Positions 61,572 to 64,000 of a stretch of 64,000 bases of DNA are shown piece after piece. The notes beneath the pieces were generated by a model. The model did no database searches, was not told where the DNA came from, and worked only from the letters and a program-made list of their open reading frames with translations. The stretch is taken from contig NC_043010.1 of NCBI RefSeq assembly GCF_006345805.1, forward strand, positions 43,152,001 through 43,216,000, given 5' to 3'. The translations under genes were made by a program, and so were the position numbers. Within the stretch, counting starts at the first letter, position 1. Each line of letters starts with the position of its first letter. Source of the stretch: Octopus sinensis (taxonomy: Eukaryota).

Positions 61572-62221
61572 TTAAATCTATTACTATTAATAGTAGTATT
61601 CCTAATTTCTACATGTTAACTTTTACAATTATTAGCATTATCAAAAATTCCTGAGAGTTTTTCTCTTTTATCCTAATACTCAAGAAAACTATTTTTACTT
61701 ATTTATGAACCCAACTGATCATTATCCCAATGTTTATACTTTAACAGATCAGTAGTTAGGTTAGACAAGTATTTATCCAGTACTGAAGGATGACTTCAGG
61801 ACACTGAATCTTTTGGAGGAGATGACAAAGGCCCAACATATCTAATGCCTTACTGCACTCAAGAAGCTCCGTCCTCCACACCAAAAGTGTTAAGGCTGAA
61901 ACATGAATAGATAAATATATACACGTGTATGTGTGTGTGTGTGAGAGAGAGAGAGCTGGACTCTTACAGCTGACATGGAGCGAATAAATTAAGGCATTTG
62001 AGCACAAGTGCTTCACAAGGCTATTACACATCCTATTTAGTCAAGCAGTAAGTCAACAAATACACTAGCAGACAAGAACCACTTCTAGCACAGATAAAAA
62101 GATGAAGGCTTGCTTGGTATAGTCATGTATCTCACCACAACTCACAGTCCAAAACAATTCTTCAGAGCACAGTTGAGAGAGGACAAAAGAGAATCAGAGA
62201 AAATCCTGGTTTGATAATATC

Positions 62222-62435
62222 TATTTCTTTACTACTCACAAGGGGCTAAACACAGAGGGGGCAAACAAGGACAGACAAACGGATTAAGTCGATTACATCG
62301 ACCCCAGTGCGTAACTGGTACTTAATTTATCGACCCCGAAAGGATGAAAGGCAAAGTCGACCTCGGCGGAATTTGAACTCAGAACGTAACGGCAGATGAA
62401 ATACGGCTACGCACTTCGCCCGGCGTGCTAACGTT
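62222..62435 (-). mobile_element. SINE family B
   Basis: Reverse complement of 23346-23565. Confidence 0.85.
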
Positions 62436-63293
62436 GGTAAGTGAGCCTGTTACACATGACAGAGAAAGTAAACCAGTGGTGAGACAGCTAACTAAGAAAG
62501 TGTCTAGAGTGGCACCCTAATGACTGGCTGCATCAGTTAAGGGATTTTGATGATGATATTGATGACATATATTTAGCTAGCCAAGCAGTGTTTAGCCATA
62601 AGTAAACTTTAGGTTAGTTAAAATATGTTTGTGACATATTTGTACTTGGTATCTGAAGATAAGGTATTTTTATACCTTTTACCATGAGAGAATTTTTTCT
62701 CCACAGTAACTGCACCAAATTTGCCTTTAGAAGTTGAAATTTGTCACAAACATATTTTAACTAACCTAAAATTTACTAAATACAATACTTTAAATCATAT
62801 ACATTAAATCAGATTATTAATTAATATATTTATTTAATAAACATCCAAATACAGTCTAATACCCATTAAGCAATTAATACTAAAAGCTTAAAATTAATTG
62901 ATATACACACTGCTAGTACAAGCCATTAATACTGGAATCAAAATAAGAAATGGTTCAAATATAGACACACTCATTAAATAAACTAACTATATAATTAATA
63001 TATATGTGTAGTTTCTATAGATTTAATATATCACTCAATAATATAGTTGACCAAAATATCAATTAATATAAAACCTAATTTACTTAAAGTTAATACCTAA
63101 TTATTAAATAATATATTGTCTAACAAAATTAATTCTCAAATTGAATTAAATGTAATATGTTAGATCCTTTTATAAAAATAATAAATCATTCTAAATAAAT
63201 AGATATAATAATTAATAACTATCATAACTTATAACTATCAATATATATATAAATGATATAATGTCGAAATCTAGGTAATTAAAATTCATTAAA

Positions 63294-63512
63294 ATGACAG
63301 ATCTGTCAGACTTTCAAAGAGGTCAAATTGCTGGTGTTCGTATGGCAGACGCTAGTGTAATGAAAACAGCCGCAATGTTTGGTGTATGAAGAAGTACTCT
63401 CTCGAAAGTAATGACAGCCTTTAACAAAGAGGGAAAAACTTCCTTGTCAAAACAAAACTCTGGAAGAAAATCAAAATTTTCAGATAGGGACTGTTGGACT
63501 CTTATGCGAATA
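63294..63512 (+). mobile_element. Tc1-type transposase N-terminal fragment (pseudogene)
   Basis: MTDLSDFQRGQIAGVRMADASV..TAAMFGV*RSTLSKVM..F.KEGKT..K.NSGRK.K.SDRD, the paired-like HTH of Tc1 transposases. Confidence 0.85.
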
Positions 63513-63516
63513 GAAA

Positions 63517-64000
63517 ATGGACAAAATTTGGCATCATGGTGTTATCAAGTACCTCCAGACAAAAGGGTTAAGCCTCCATTCTGACATGGTTGCTACATTA
63601 GGGAATGATGCTCCAGTTCTATCAACAGTGCAAAAGTGGGCAGCTGAATTTAGGAAGGGAATAAAGAGTCTTAAAGACGACCCATGGTTTGAATTCCTGC
63701 AAATGCTATCACCAAGGTAAACATTGATAAGGTCACCACATGATGATGGCTGGCAAGGCAATTGACAATAAATCAAATAGCCAATGCTGTTAGTATATTC
63801 TGTGAGAGAGTTGAGAACTTGGCATGACAAAGGTTTCTGCTCAATGGGTGCCATACCTTCTGACATAAGATCAAAACCACACAACGCTGATCACATCAAG
63901 GGAAAAATTTGACATTGCTTCAGGCAGATCCAGCTGGTTTCTTTGAACATTTTCTAACCCAGGATGAATGTTGGGTTCACCACTTTGAGTCAGAGACAAA
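63517..64000 (+). mobile_element. mariner transposase fragment (pseudogene), running off the window end
   Basis: MDKIWHHGVIKYLQ..TVQKWAAEFR.G..SL.DDP, later a WVP motif and QDECWVHHFE. Confidence 0.9.

Overview
AT-rich, microsatellite- and transposon-dense animal DNA. The SINE, RTE and Penelope repeat families and the clustered C2H2 genes with single-exon finger arrays point to an octopus or other coleoid cephalopod (inference). The only convincing protein-coding genes are three paralogous tandem C2H2 zinc-finger genes: ZNF-A (+, 16598-18199, 7 fingers), ZNF-B (+, 39714-41417, 11 fingers plus 1 degenerate) and ZNF-C (-, 51435-52154, 7 fingers, convergent with ZNF-B). I recognise no KRAB, SCAN, ZAD or BTB domain in any of them. 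ZNF-A and ZNF-B share two short conserved motifs I cannot assign to a known family: a 20-aa N-terminal MYxxxxMYxxGxQxxFxIxG motif and a 26-aa Trp-rich C-terminal FLHQMxQxWENxYxWPRGFPMxxxWN motif. These are candidate lineage-specific effector modules. Across the three genes, 22 of 25 intact fingers have Gln at helix position -1 and 15 of 25 have Q-x-T-N, with heavily diverged synonymous sites. This suggests selection to read A-rich (NAA)n or simple-repeat DNA. The rest of the window is decayed retroelements (RTE, CR1/L2-like, Penelope RT and GIY-YIG, Hero-type RLE), four tRNA-derived or tail-sharing SINE families, DNA-transposon derivatives (piggyBac-, Merlin- and Ginger-like non-autonomous elements, Tc1 and mariner fragments), several long inverted repeats, hammerhead-like motifs and a palindromic minisatellite. 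All alignments and motif calls were made by eye, and most repeat boundaries are approximate.
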